A DNA stretch of 64,000 bases from contig OW818672.1 of the NCBI GenBank assembly GCA_942493175.1, positions 1,603,541 through 1,667,540 of the forward strand, given 5' to 3'. Shown here in pieces: positions 50,431 through 60,129 of this stretch; position 1 is the first letter of the stretch, and each line of letters starts with the position of its first letter. Both the position numbers and the translations under genes were made by a program. This DNA is from Sulfurimonadaceae bacterium. GTDB lineage: Bacteria; Campylobacterota; Campylobacteria; Campylobacterales; Sulfurimonadaceae. The notes beneath the pieces were generated by a model. That model was not told the origin of the DNA. It worked only from the letters and a program-made list of their open reading frames with translations, and made no database searches.

Positions 50431-52221
50431 TTGAAAAATATTAGAAACTTTTCTATCATCGCACACATCGACCATGGCAAAAGCACACTAGCCGACCGTA
50501 TTATTCAAGAGTGCGGTTCAGTAAGTGAGCGAGAACTTGGCAAACAGATGATGGACACAATGGACATCGAAAAAGAGCGTGGGATTACCATAAAAGCTCA
50601 AAGTGTTAGGCTTGACTATGTAAAAGACGGCGAGCACTACATACTAAACCTTATCGATACTCCGGGTCATGTCGACTTCTCTTATGAAGTTAGCAAATCC
50701 TTAGCTTCAAGTGACGGCGCTTTGCTTATAGTAGACGCAGCTCAGGGTGTTGAAGCTCAAACAATTGCAAATGTCTACTTGGCTATGGAAAACAACTTAG
50801 AGCTTATCCCAGTTATAAACAAGATAGATTTACCCGCAGCCGACCCTATAAAAGTTGCCGAAGAGATTGAGACAAGCATCGGTATAGATGCGACTGATGC
50901 CTGTTTGGTGTCTGCAAAAACAGGTGTTGGAATACGCGCACTTATAGATGCAATCGTAGATAGAATTCCTGCTCCTGTGGGAGATCCTAATGCGACTACA
51001 AAAGCTATCATTTATGACTCTTGGTTTGACTCTTATCTTGGCGCATTGGCTTTAGTGCGTGTTTTTGACGGTAATATAAAAATAGGGCAACTTGTAAGAC
51101 TTATGAGTAACGGGGAAGAGCATCAAGTGCTAGATTTGATGTACCCGCATCCGCTTAAACGCAAAAAGACCTCTGTTATAAAAACCGGAGAGATAGGTAT
51201 AGTCGTACTTGGACTTAAAGAGGTTAGCGTTATTAATGTCGGCGATACAATTACAGATGCTAAAAATCCGGCAGCCGAACCTGTTGGAAGGTATGAGCCG
51301 GCTAAGCCATTTGTTTTTGCCGGTATATACCCGATAGATACAGATGATTTTGAAAATTTGCGTGATGCACTTGATAAGCTAAGACTAAATGATAGTTCTC
51401 TATCTTATGAGCCGGAAACATCTCTGGCTCTTGGTTTTGGCTTTCGTGTTGGATTTTTGGGTATGCTTCATATGGAAGTTGTAAAAGAGAGATTAGAACG
51501 GGAATTTAATCTTGACTTAATCGCTTCTGCGCCATCTGTTATCTATCAGGTTTATCTAAATAATGGCGAAAAAATCAATGTTCACAATCCTTCAGAGCTG
51601 CCGGAAGTTAATCGTATAGACAGAATCGAAGAGCCATACATAAGGGCTACTGTTATTACTCCAAGTGAATATCTTGGAAATATTATAACTCTTCTAATAA
51701 ACAAGCGTGGTACTCAAACAAAAATGACTTATCTTAACCAAGATAGAGTTATGCTTGAGTATGAAGTGCCTATGAACGAAATAGTAATGGACTTTTACGA
51801 CAAGCTAAAATCAATCTCCAAAGGTTACGCTTCATTTGATTATGAGCCGATTGAATTTAGAGTCGGCGACCTAGTGAAACTTGATATCAAAGTAGCAGGG
51901 GAAGCAGTGGATGCACTAAGTATCGTTGTTCCTCGCAATCAAGCACTATCGCGCGGTCGTGTTTTAGTTAAAAACATGAAAGAGATAATACCTCGTCAAC
52001 TTTTTGAAGTAGCCGTTCAAGCTTCTTTAGGTTCTCAGGTTATCGCTAGAGAAACTGTAAAGAGTATGGGGAAAAATGTTACCGCTAAGTGTTACGGCGG
52101 TGATATTACCAGAAAGCGAAAACTATTAGAGAAACAAAAAGCGGGTAAAAAGAGAATGAAGTCCATCGGAAAGGTTCAGCTTCCGCAAGAGGCGTTTATG
52201 TCTGTTTTGAAGATGGACTGA
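50431..52221 (+). CDS. lepA: Elongation factor 4
   Basis: [28 protein letters not shown], and the LepA-specific C-terminus. TTG start. Confidence 0.97.
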   Translation: MKNIRNFSIIAHIDHGKSTLADRIIQECGSVSERELGKQMMDTMDIEKERGITIKAQSVRLDYVKDGEHYILNLIDTPGHVDFSYEVSKSLASSDGALLIVDAAQGVEAQTIANVYLAMENNLELIPVINKIDLPAADPIKVAEEIETSIGIDATDACLVSAKTGVGIRALIDAIVDRIPAPVGDPNATTKAIIYDSWFDSYLGALALVRVFDGNIKIGQLVRLMSNGEEHQVLDLMYPHPLKRKKTSVIKTGEIGIVVLGLKEVSVINVGDTITDAKNPAAEPVGRYEPAKPFVFAGIYPIDTDDFENLRDALDKLRLNDSSLSYEPETSLALGFGFRVGFLGMLHMEVVKERLEREFNLDLIASAPSVIYQVYLNNGEKINVHNPSELPEVNRIDRIEEPYIRATVITPSEYLGNIITLLINKRGTQTKMTYLNQDRVMLEYEVPMNEIVMDFYDKLKSISKGYASFDYEPIEFRVGDLVKLDIKVAGEAVDALSIVVPRNQALSRGRVLVKNMKEIIPRQLFEVAVQASLGSQVIARETVKSMGKNVTAKCYGGDITRKRKLLEKQKAGKKRMKSIGKVQLPQEAFMSVLKMD

Positions 52222-52227
52222 TGATTT

Positions 52228-52292
52228 ATAGATTGCCGCGCTACGCTCGCAATGACTGTCACTGCGAGGAACGAAGTGACGCGGCAGTCTAT
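52228..52292. repeat. 65-nt GC-rich nested palindromic element (REP/MITE-like)
   Basis: Outer arms ATAGATTGCCGCG / CGCGGCAGTCTAT match at 12 of 13 positions; the mismatch is a G-U pair in RNA. Inner arms are CTCGCA/TGCGAG and GTCAC/GTGAC. The element contrasts sharply with its AT-rich surroundings. Confidence 0.6.
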
Positions 52293-52313
52293 GGAGAAAA
52301 AGAGAAGTAATTT

Positions 52314-52889
52314 ATGAGATGCTTACTTTGTGAGGGTTTGTCTCTTTTACACATCTGCTCCTCGTGCCAAAAAACATTTTTAACCCCCTCAATCTACAAA
52401 AGAAAAATCCTAAACAACATTGAAGCTATCTCCTTTTACAAATACAGCGAAATCAAAGATTTACTTCACACCAAACACACCGATTTGGGTTACTACATCT
52501 ACTCCATACTTGCAAAAAATTCTCTTGCAAAATTCGCCGCCGAGTTTGACTATCCAGAGCAAATTACTTCTATTGCAGTTGATGATTATGTTAGTGAGGG
52601 CTACTCCCATACAGCAGTTTTGAACAAGGCGCTAAAAAGCAGATGCATAAATCCGCAGTTCAACAAGTTAAGAGCAAAAAACAGAGTTTCGTATTCAGGC
52701 AAGAGCAAAGAGTTTAGAGTGTTAAATCCAAGAGAATTTAAAGTAAATGAGTTTAGCGGCAAAAATGTAATTTTGGTGGATGACATTATTACGACAAACT
52801 TGACACTTACTCAGGCTGTTCAAGCTATGCAAAAAAGAGACAAAGATGTTTTATTTTGTCTTACTTTGGCTGATGCAAGTTTAAACTAA
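52314..52889 (+). CDS. ComF/GntX-family phosphoribosyltransferase-like protein
   Basis: N-terminal Cys cluster CLLC...CSSC, and the PRTase loop VILVDDIITT. Confidence 0.7.
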   Translation: MRCLLCEGLSLLHICSSCQKTFLTPSIYKRKILNNIEAISFYKYSEIKDLLHTKHTDLGYYIYSILAKNSLAKFAAEFDYPEQITSIAVDDYVSEGYSHTAVLNKALKSRCINPQFNKLRAKNRVSYSGKSKEFRVLNPREFKVNEFSGKNVILVDDIITTNLTLTQAVQAMQKRDKDVLFCLTLADASLN

Positions 52890-52943
52890 GTAGATATTTA
52901 TTATACTAGTTACATAATTATTTATAATATTGGTGGTTTATTG

Positions 52944-54800
52944 ATGCGTTTTCTTGTGTCTTTATTGCTCTTAACAGCTCTTCTTTTTTCAGAAGAGTTA
53001 TCACTTGACAATCTTCTAAAAGAGTACGAAAGCTCAGAAGAACTTTATCATAACACAAAAAAAGAGAGTGCCGGTCATGTCACTGTTTTCTCACGCTCTG
53101 ACTTAGATAAAATGCAGGCTTATACGCTAAACGATGTCTTAAAAACTCTGCGATTTTTCACTCTCCAAACAAGAAGAAATGGAATGACTACGCTTGTGCG
53201 GAGCGGAGAGTCGCAAATGTCAAGCTCTCCTGTAAAAGTTTACATCAATTCACATGAACTAAACTCTGCAACTCTGGGAAATGTTTTAGTACAATATGGA
53301 AAAATGGGGCTCTATTTTATAGACCATATAGAGATTTATCAATCAGGAAATTCCGTTACTTTTGGCAATGAGCCCGGAACAATGGTGATAAAACTATACA
53401 CCAAAGAGCCATCAAGAGAAAACTCAACATCAACACAAGCTTCGGTGGACTCATTGGGCAGCATAACATTGCAAGGAGTTGATGCAAAAAAATTTGATGA
53501 CTACTCATATCTAGCAAATGTAGATTTGAGAAAAAACAACCATAAAAACTACACCACGACTAATTCAGAACTCTCCAGAGACGGAGCAAGAGGTCAATTT
53601 TATTTTAAATTTTCCAAGGATAGTGACTATGATATAGAAGTCGGTGCTGCACAAGAGAAGTATGATATATTTAGCGGTCTTGGAATGGCAACGATAGACG
53701 GATACACTTATACGCAAGATATATATGCACACATTACAAAATATTTTGAAAACAACTTAAAAGTTATGTTGACAACATCTCATGAAAATTTTGAGATATA
53801 CGACAAAGACAACATAGTCATTCCAATCCCTACTATTCCTTTTCAAAAACAACTAAATACCGAAGTAAGCACCGAAGTTTATAGTGCCACTATAGAGAAA
53901 AAATTTATAGATGGAAATAATGAGCTCTCTTTAGGAGCGCAATTCAAATATCAAAAATTTAAAATTAATGAATACAAAACAGATGGTATTGACAGAGCAG
54001 TAGCTTGGGGACCAAAAGATTTAAACATATATATGATATATGCAGAAAATCTATACAATATAAACAAAAATCATCTTATATCGCTAAGCGCTAAAATGGA
54101 TTACTATGAAAATGAGCTCTCAAAATCATCGACTGAACACATACTAAGAGCCGGATATATTGCACTTCTAGATGAAGAGTGGAAGTTTAAACTTTTTGCA
54201 ATGGACAGTTACATCTACCCTACTTTTATACAAACAACATACTCGCCAAACTATAATGTTAACCCTGATTTAGAGAGTTCTGATATTTTACTGCTCACTG
54301 CTGAGATGATTTATACTAAAGATAGTACGACTTTTGGATTTGGTGTCGGTAAAAATGAATCCGATAATGCGATAGTTTTTAATATGTCGCAAAACAAATA
54401 TATTAATAGCAGTAAAAAAAATAGTTTTGAGTTAATATTTGCAAATATTGAACATAATTTTGACATAGACAATAAAATAAAAATTGAATGTTTTAGGCAA
54501 TACAGAGAAGCGTATTACAGTCCACGATTTGGCGCTTCTATCCAGCTTTTTAACACTGTTGGAAAATTTGATTTCTACAACGAACTAATATATAGATCTG
54601 AATATAGAAGTATTGACGGCATTGATATGTCTGAGGGATACGACTACTCGCTTGGAGCAATATACAAACTTAACAAACAAACCGAGCTAAAACTAAAAGC
54701 AGAAAACATCTTAGACAAAGCCTCCAAAACTCCTATAAACGGAATTGATATTTCAGCAACTGATAGACGGGTACTATTTACTATGGAGTACACTTTTTAA
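52944..54800 (+). CDS. TonB-dependent-receptor-like outer membrane beta-barrel protein
   Basis: Signal peptide, plug-like region (VTVFSRSDLDKMQAYTLNDVLKTL...VKVYINSHE...IEIYQSGNSVTFG), a long beta-rich body and a terminal aromatic residue (MEYTF). Confidence 0.65.
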   Translation: MRFLVSLLLLTALLFSEELSLDNLLKEYESSEELYHNTKKESAGHVTVFSRSDLDKMQAYTLNDVLKTLRFFTLQTRRNGMTTLVRSGESQMSSSPVKVYINSHELNSATLGNVLVQYGKMGLYFIDHIEIYQSGNSVTFGNEPGTMVIKLYTKEPSRENSTSTQASVDSLGSITLQGVDAKKFDDYSYLANVDLRKNNHKNYTTTNSELSRDGARGQFYFKFSKDSDYDIEVGAAQEKYDIFSGLGMATIDGYTYTQDIYAHITKYFENNLKVMLTTSHENFEIYDKDNIVIPIPTIPFQKQLNTEVSTEVYSATIEKKFIDGNNELSLGAQFKYQKFKINEYKTDGIDRAVAWGPKDLNIYMIYAENLYNINKNHLISLSAKMDYYENELSKSSTEHILRAGYIALLDEEWKFKLFAMDSYIYPTFIQTTYSPNYNVNPDLESSDILLLTAEMIYTKDSTTFGFGVGKNESDNAIVFNMSQNKYINSSKKNSFELIFANIEHNFDIDNKIKIECFRQYREAYYSPRFGASIQLFNTVGKFDFYNELIYRSEYRSIDGIDMSEGYDYSLGAIYKLNKQTELKLKAENILDKASKTPINGIDISATDRRVLFTMEYTF

Positions 54801-55235
54801 ATGAAAACAGTTAGCATAATACTTTTTTTAACTATTGCACTGTTTGCTTCAGATAACAAAGATATTATGAGAGCGCAGATTTTAGAAAAAATAATCTTAA
54901 ATATTTATATCAATGAGACAGTAACGATATGGTCGGACAACAAAGAACTCTTGGCTGAATTTAAAAAGAGCGCTCACATAGTTACTACGGACAGTTGTGC
55001 TAAAGCTACTATAATCATACTAGAAAATAAAGAAAAAATACATGATGACGCTTGTAAAAATAAACCGATTTTTGTGCTTGAGTATAATTTATTAAAAGAG
55101 GTGCCGGAGAGTTTTGGTGCATTCTTTTGGAAAAAAGGCAGACCGAATATTGTAATAATAGAGCCAAGAATAGCATCACAAAATATTTCAGTTTCAAAAG
55201 AGTTAAAGGTTTATGTGGAGGAGAAGGTATGGTAA
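54801..55235 (+). CDS. YfiR-like (DUF4154) periplasmic protein
   Basis: Signal peptide, about 140 aa. The pattern AQILEKIILNI...ATIIILE...GAFFWKKGRPNIVIIEPRIASQNISVSKEL resembles DUF4154. The ATG directly abuts the upstream stop. Confidence 0.5.
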   Translation: MKTVSIILFLTIALFASDNKDIMRAQILEKIILNIYINETVTIWSDNKELLAEFKKSAHIVTTDSCAKATIIILENKEKIHDDACKNKPIFVLEYNLLKEVPESFGAFFWKKGRPNIVIIEPRIASQNISVSKELKVYVEEKVW

Positions 55236-57151
55236 AGAAAAAAGAGTTTATTATATTTTTTCTTCTCTTTTTGCTTGCCCTTTTTTTTGTCTACATTTAT
55301 AATAATATTACAAAAGCAAAAGATGATATATTTGACCGCATAGAAAATCATCAAATAGAGCAAATTTCATCTATTTTAAATAATATTGAAAAAGATATAC
55401 TGGACTCAGCTGAGATAAAAACTTCCAAAGATTTGTTCTCTCTATTTAACAATGAAACAATGAGAGAGGGTTATGAACGAATCATCTCTCTGATGCTAAC
55501 CTCAAATGTAAAATATGCCTACATTTTATATAAAGACGAAAAAGATAGATTTAGATTTTTGCTAGATGCTTCAAAAACCGACAAGGCAGAGTTTTATCAA
55601 AAATTTGATGTAACTTTGAGCGAGTATGAAGCTATTTACAGAGAGAAAAAACCTCAAATTATAAAGCAACACGACATTGAAAATCTTTACTTAACATATC
55701 TCTACCCCATAATAAGCAACGGCAATGTTGTCGGATTGTTTAGCATTGACATTACAACAAATATTCAAAAGATAATTTTAGAATCAATAAAGCCGCTAGA
55801 GACTTTTTTTGCGGTTTTAATTATTTTTATTATTCTTTTAATGGCTATGACTATTATGCAAATTTTTCACTACTTCGTTACAAGAAAAAAGATATTTACA
55901 GACCCGCTTACAAAAACATTCAACAGAAATTATCTCGAAGAGATATCATCAATGCTAAACCTTGAAAACTACTCTTTGGCAATGCTTGATTTAGATAAAT
56001 TTAAAGCCATAAATGACACCTACGGACATAAAGCAGGTGACTATGTACTAGCTCAAGCAAGTAAAATATTTAAAGACTCAATCAGAGACAGTGACATACT
56101 CATAAGGTACGGCGGTGAAGAGTTTTTACTTCTTATACATAACCGTAATAACAGTGAGTCAAATATAGATGTATGTGAAAGATTGAGAAACAATGTAAGC
56201 AAAGAGCATTTTTCTTATGATACAAATGAGATAAAAGTACATGTATCTATTGGTTTGCATAAGCATCCATCGTTAGAGAAAAATATACAAGAAGCCATAA
56301 AAATAGCTGATGGGATGTTATATGTTGCCAAAAAAAATGGTAGAAACAGAGTTATAGTATATGATGAAATGGAATACACAAAAACATCTTCATCAGCATC
56401 TTCTAAAGATATAAGCTATGTAAAAGAGGCTCTTGATGATGAGCGTGTGTTATGCTATTTTCAACCAATTTACAATCATAAAAGCGGTGAAATTTTTAAA
56501 TACGAGGCATTAGTGAGGATTGTGTCAAAAAATAACACCATAATTTCGCCTATGCAATTCTTACCACAACTAAAACATACGAATATGCACTACAAATTAA
56601 CACAAAGAATTTTGCTGATTGTATTTGATAAATTTAGAAACAACCAAGAGCTTGTAAGCATAAATATAAACTTCTCAGACCTTATGAATCCTGACATTGA
56701 AGAGATAATAATTAAAAATTTAAAAGAGAATCACCATCTTGCATCTCGCGTTACTTTTGAGATTTTGGAGAGTGATGAGATTGACGATGTAGAGCTTTTC
56801 AAACAAAAAATAAACCTTCTTCACTCACTCAAGGCAAAAGTTTCTATTGATGATTTTGGAAGCGGATACTCAAACTTTAAAACAATTATTGATGTTGAAG
56901 CCAATTTTCTTAAAATAGACGGCTCTCTTATTAAAAACATTGACAAAAACAACAAAGACTTTAGAGTTGTAAAAAGCATTATACACTTTGCTAGACAGAG
57001 CAATATGCAGACAATTGCAGAGTTTGTACACTCAAAAGAGGTTTACGAAAAGCTGTTGCTCCTAGATATAGATTATATGCAGGGGTTTTATATCTCTGCC
57101 CCAAAAGCCTCTCTCGTTGAAAAAGAGGAACTTTTTAAAAAAGCTTTTTAA
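55229..57151 (+). CDS. Membrane GGDEF-EAL protein with periplasmic sensor domain
   Basis: TM, periplasmic domain of about 190 aa, TM. GGDEF domain with I-site RDSD and GGEEF. EAL domain (YEALVRI, FEILESD, SIDDFGSGYSN, QGFYIS). The ATG at 55229 overlaps the YfiR-like stop. Confidence 0.9.
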   Translation: MVKKKEFIIFFLLFLLALFFVYIYNNITKAKDDIFDRIENHQIEQISSILNNIEKDILDSAEIKTSKDLFSLFNNETMREGYERIISLMLTSNVKYAYILYKDEKDRFRFLLDASKTDKAEFYQKFDVTLSEYEAIYREKKPQIIKQHDIENLYLTYLYPIISNGNVVGLFSIDITTNIQKIILESIKPLETFFAVLIIFIILLMAMTIMQIFHYFVTRKKIFTDPLTKTFNRNYLEEISSMLNLENYSLAMLDLDKFKAINDTYGHKAGDYVLAQASKIFKDSIRDSDILIRYGGEEFLLLIHNRNNSESNIDVCERLRNNVSKEHFSYDTNEIKVHVSIGLHKHPSLEKNIQEAIKIADGMLYVAKKNGRNRVIVYDEMEYTKTSSSASSKDISYVKEALDDERVLCYFQPIYNHKSGEIFKYEALVRIVSKNNTIISPMQFLPQLKHTNMHYKLTQRILLIVFDKFRNNQELVSININFSDLMNPDIEEIIIKNLKENHHLASRVTFEILESDEIDDVELFKQKINLLHSLKAKVSIDDFGSGYSNFKTIIDVEANFLKIDGSLIKNIDKNNKDFRVVKSIIHFARQSNMQTIAEFVHSKEVYEKLLLLDIDYMQGFYISAPKASLVEKEELFKKAF

Positions 57152-59144
57152 ATAATTTATCTACTTTTTCATTTATTTTTTCTATAACTTTTTTACCTGC
57201 TTCCGATTTTAAAAACTTCTCTAAATCTACTCTTACTTTTGGAGAATCTACATCTCCATTTAAATTTGCACTTATGCTGTCTTTTTTTGCTTGGATGGTT
57301 ATATCAGAGTCTATCTGCTGAGTTTTTGTATTTAGTTTTGTATCTTTTGTTACAATGGAAGCCTCTTTTGAGCGTAAATCAAGTGAAATAAGAAGGTCAT
57401 CTTTATCTATTTTTGCTCCAATATCACCGTTGAAGTTTTCTCTGTACATGTCAAACTTAACATATTGCTTTATCAAGTCAAATATTTGATTTTCTGCGAA
57501 CACCGCATCTATGACATGTCCTCTAAACACCCCTTTGCTATTAGCCATATTGTAATCTAGTTTTGCTTTTAAAGTTGAAGAAAAAAGCTCTCTGTACATC
57601 AGCATATGAAGCAGTTGTGTAGTTTGTATGTTACTTAAGTCAGCATGAAAATCATCATTATGGAGTTTGGCATCAATTTTTCCGCCAGCAACTTTTGTAT
57701 GAAAAGTTAAATCTAAATCATCTGTTTTTGAAAGCTCACCGTTGATAGTTGCTCCACCCCTCATATGCCGATTGCTCATAAAAAATAGTTTCTCCAAATC
57801 CGCAATATTAATCACATAATCACTCTTTAATGAGCTATCTTCTATGTTGTATTTTGCACTTTTTATATCAATATTTGCTATATTTGAATTAAAATCAACC
57901 TTTGTATCAACACTATTGCCATTTAATGTACTAATTGTAGTTGAGTTAAAAGTTGTTGCGGGCATAGTGGATTTAAACTCATACTTTTTAGTCAGATATT
58001 TTGAATCTAATACGCCCTTAGTTATAGATGTTGTGATTTTTCCATCCAGTTTATCACTTCGTGCATCTTTTATCTCTGCATCCATAAAAAGCACTCCATC
58101 CGTATAGTGCGGCTCTTTTAACATATATAAAAATTTTGCGATATTAAGATTGGCTACCTTAGCTTTTACTGATACAAGTGCAAAATCTTTTAAAATTGCT
58201 TCAAATATCGTATCTGATGAAGCCACATCACTACTGCCAATAGCTTCAAGGCTCTCTTTGGTTCCTTTTAGTGTTCCATTAACTTTAAATGCTCCTCTGA
58301 CATCTGCGCTTGTTATTGGCTTTAGAACTTCTAACTCTTTAATATCAAGCGAGTATTTCAAATCTGCATAAAAAGGCTCAGGAACAACCCTTCCTGCACT
58401 GCTTATCTTAAAGAGGTTTGATGCAAAATCGTAATTATAATCTATATCATCACCTTTTAGCTTTGCGTCAAGATTCATAGAAAAAGATGTTTTTGAAATA
58501 GTTACATTAAAATCACTCTTCATAAATTCCGGATTTATATTTCCATTTTTAGTGTTTAAAACTATATCTCCATCCATCAAATGAGGAGTTATATTTTTAA
58601 AATTTATATCCAAATCTATGTCGGCGGTTGCATATGGATTTTGAGCACCCAAATATAGCAGTGAATCTAATTTTGCATCTTTCATCTGAGCAATGATAGA
58701 GGTTGGATTTAAATCAGTTAGTTCAATATGATAAGAAGTATCGCTCTCCCCGACATCGCTTTTACCGTCTACCTTCATAAAAGCCAAATCGCCATTTGCG
58801 CTTCCATCTGTATAAAATGCTCCCTTTAGCGCAGTTGTTGTAAACGGCTCCAAACTCTCTAAATTTTTAAGAGCAACTTCGTAAGAGAGCTCAAAAGCCT
58901 TTGAAAATAGAGAGTACTCCCCTTTTGCTTTTATAATATTTTCTTTATTAAGTTCTAAAACGATTTCAAAATCACTCATTGTTAATAAAAAAGTCTCAAG
59001 TTTACTCTCTAATTTTGTTTGTTCTTTTATTTTGTTCTCTACAATGAGTTTTAGCAAACTGTTACCAATTGGTGTAAAAGCAACTACATAAAGCGTCACT
59101 GCCAACGCTACCAATATGACGCCGAACCATGCTAAATATTTCAT
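57135..59144 (-). CDS. AsmA-like membrane-anchored protein (tentative)
   Basis: N-terminal TM anchor, a long beta-rich repetitive body, and a C-terminal NLNGDVDSPKVRVD motif reminiscent of the AsmA family. Confidence 0.4.
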   Translation of the reverse strand: MKYLAWFGVILVALAVTLYVVAFTPIGNSLLKLIVENKIKEQTKLESKLETFLLTMSDFEIVLELNKENIIKAKGEYSLFSKAFELSYEVALKNLESLEPFTTTALKGAFYTDGSANGDLAFMKVDGKSDVGESDTSYHIELTDLNPTSIIAQMKDAKLDSLLYLGAQNPYATADIDLDINFKNITPHLMDGDIVLNTKNGNINPEFMKSDFNVTISKTSFSMNLDAKLKGDDIDYNYDFASNLFKISSAGRVVPEPFYADLKYSLDIKELEVLKPITSADVRGAFKVNGTLKGTKESLEAIGSSDVASSDTIFEAILKDFALVSVKAKVANLNIAKFLYMLKEPHYTDGVLFMDAEIKDARSDKLDGKITTSITKGVLDSKYLTKKYEFKSTMPATTFNSTTISTLNGNSVDTKVDFNSNIANIDIKSAKYNIEDSSLKSDYVINIADLEKLFFMSNRHMRGGATINGELSKTDDLDLTFHTKVAGGKIDAKLHNDDFHADLSNIQTTQLLHMLMYRELFSSTLKAKLDYNMANSKGVFRGHVIDAVFAENQIFDLIKQYVKFDMYRENFNGDIGAKIDKDDLLISLDLRSKEASIVTKDTKLNTKTQQIDSDITIQAKKDSISANLNGDVDSPKVRVDLEKFLKSEAGKKVIEKINEKVDKLFKKLF

Positions 59145-59219
59145 TATATCTCCAATAAATTTGTTTTATAATGATACTATATAAGAAGGGAATAGTAAAA
59201 GTTTTTTAATAAATCAATA

Positions 59220-59289
59220 GTTGACATCAATAGGCTCAACTTTATTAACAAAAAGAATTTAACTTTCACTTGACATTGTTACACTCAAT
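59220..59289. promoter_or_regulatory. Two HAIR-like (HspR operator-like) inverted repeats overlapping the -35 elements
   Basis: GTTGACA-N7-GCTCAAC (59220-59240) and CTTGACA-N7-ACTCAAT (59269-59289), compared with the consensus CTTGAGT-N7-ACTCAAG. Confidence 0.35.
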
Positions 59290-59298
59290 ATGTATAAT
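59270..59298 (+). promoter_or_regulatory. Consensus sigma70-type promoter of grpE-dnaK
   Basis: TTGACA (59270-59275), a 17-nt spacer, then TATAAT (59293-59298), followed by AAGGAG and the grpE ATG at 59336. A second TTGACA-16-TATTAA lies at 59221-59248. Confidence 0.6.
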
Positions 59299-59335
59299 TA
59301 TGTCATCTTTTTAGATAAGGAGTAATTTAACAGCT

Positions 59336-59893
59336 ATGTCAAAAGAAAACAAAGAAGAACTTCAAAGTGAGCCTCTTGTAAACAAAGAGGAGAGTGTGGA
59401 GACATACGAAGCTGCTGCGGAAGCTGAAGCTGTTGAGAATGAGTTCAACCTACTGCAGGAGGAACTGGCTTCTCTAAAAGATAAGTATGCTCGTGTTCAT
59501 GCAGATTTTGATAATATCAAAAAAAGATTGGAAAAAGAGAAATACACGGCAGTCGAATATGCAAATGAGAAATTTGCCAAAGATATGATTCCGGTTATGG
59601 ATGCGCTTCAAATGGCGCTCTCTTCCACATCAAATGTGATAGAGCCGACAGAACACCAACAAAAATTAAAAGAGGGTATAGAGCTTACGCTAAAGCAGCT
59701 CACGACCGCTTTAGAAAAACATGGGGTAACGATGGTTTCTCATGATGAGCCGTTTGACCCGAACATTCACAATGCTATACAAAGTGTAGATAGCGATACA
59801 GTGGAGAGCGGACAGATAGTTCAAACATTTCAAACAGGTTATAAATATAAAGAGAGACCGTTGCGTGAAGCGATGGTAGTTGTGGCGAATTAA
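59336..59893 (+). CDS. grpE: Nucleotide exchange factor GrpE
   Basis: Coiled-coil N-terminus, RVHADFDNIKKR, and a C-terminal beta domain (GYKYKERPLREAMVVV). Confidence 0.95.
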   Translation: MSKENKEELQSEPLVNKEESVETYEAAAEAEAVENEFNLLQEELASLKDKYARVHADFDNIKKRLEKEKYTAVEYANEKFAKDMIPVMDALQMALSSTSNVIEPTEHQQKLKEGIELTLKQLTTALEKHGVTMVSHDEPFDPNIHNAIQSVDSDTVESGQIVQTFQTGYKYKERPLREAMVVVAN

Positions 59894-59907
59894 CATTCGT
59901 TCATATA

Positions 59908-60129
59908 GTTTTACAGAATTTCTATATGTTCTCTTAGGCTTCACCGCGGGTGCCCCAAAGCTAAAGCTTTGACCCTTCGGTTGCAGAATCGTTCACATAG
60001 AGAAATGCTGTAAAGCAAAAAATTCTGACACAAAAGTGTCAAGCTTTAGTGCCTTAGCGGCTAGCGAAAGTAAAAGGGACGCGTTCCTTTTACGACAAAT
60101 AAGATGGAGGTTCCCTTCATTTTATTTTA
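59908..60129 (+). other. Structured GC-rich spacer RNA/DNA element between grpE and dnaK, ending in a terminator-like hairpin
   Basis: Five elements. (1) A 21-position helix, 59908-59928 with 59996-60016, with 2 mismatches and 1 G-U. (2) An inverted repeat ctaaagctttgac / gtcaagctttag (59961-59973 / 60038-60049). (3) A hairpin tgacac-aaaa-gtgtca (60026-60041). (4) A 10-bp hairpin, 60070-60093. (5) The stem atggagg/ccttcat (60104-60120) followed by TTTATTTTA. Confidence 0.45.
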
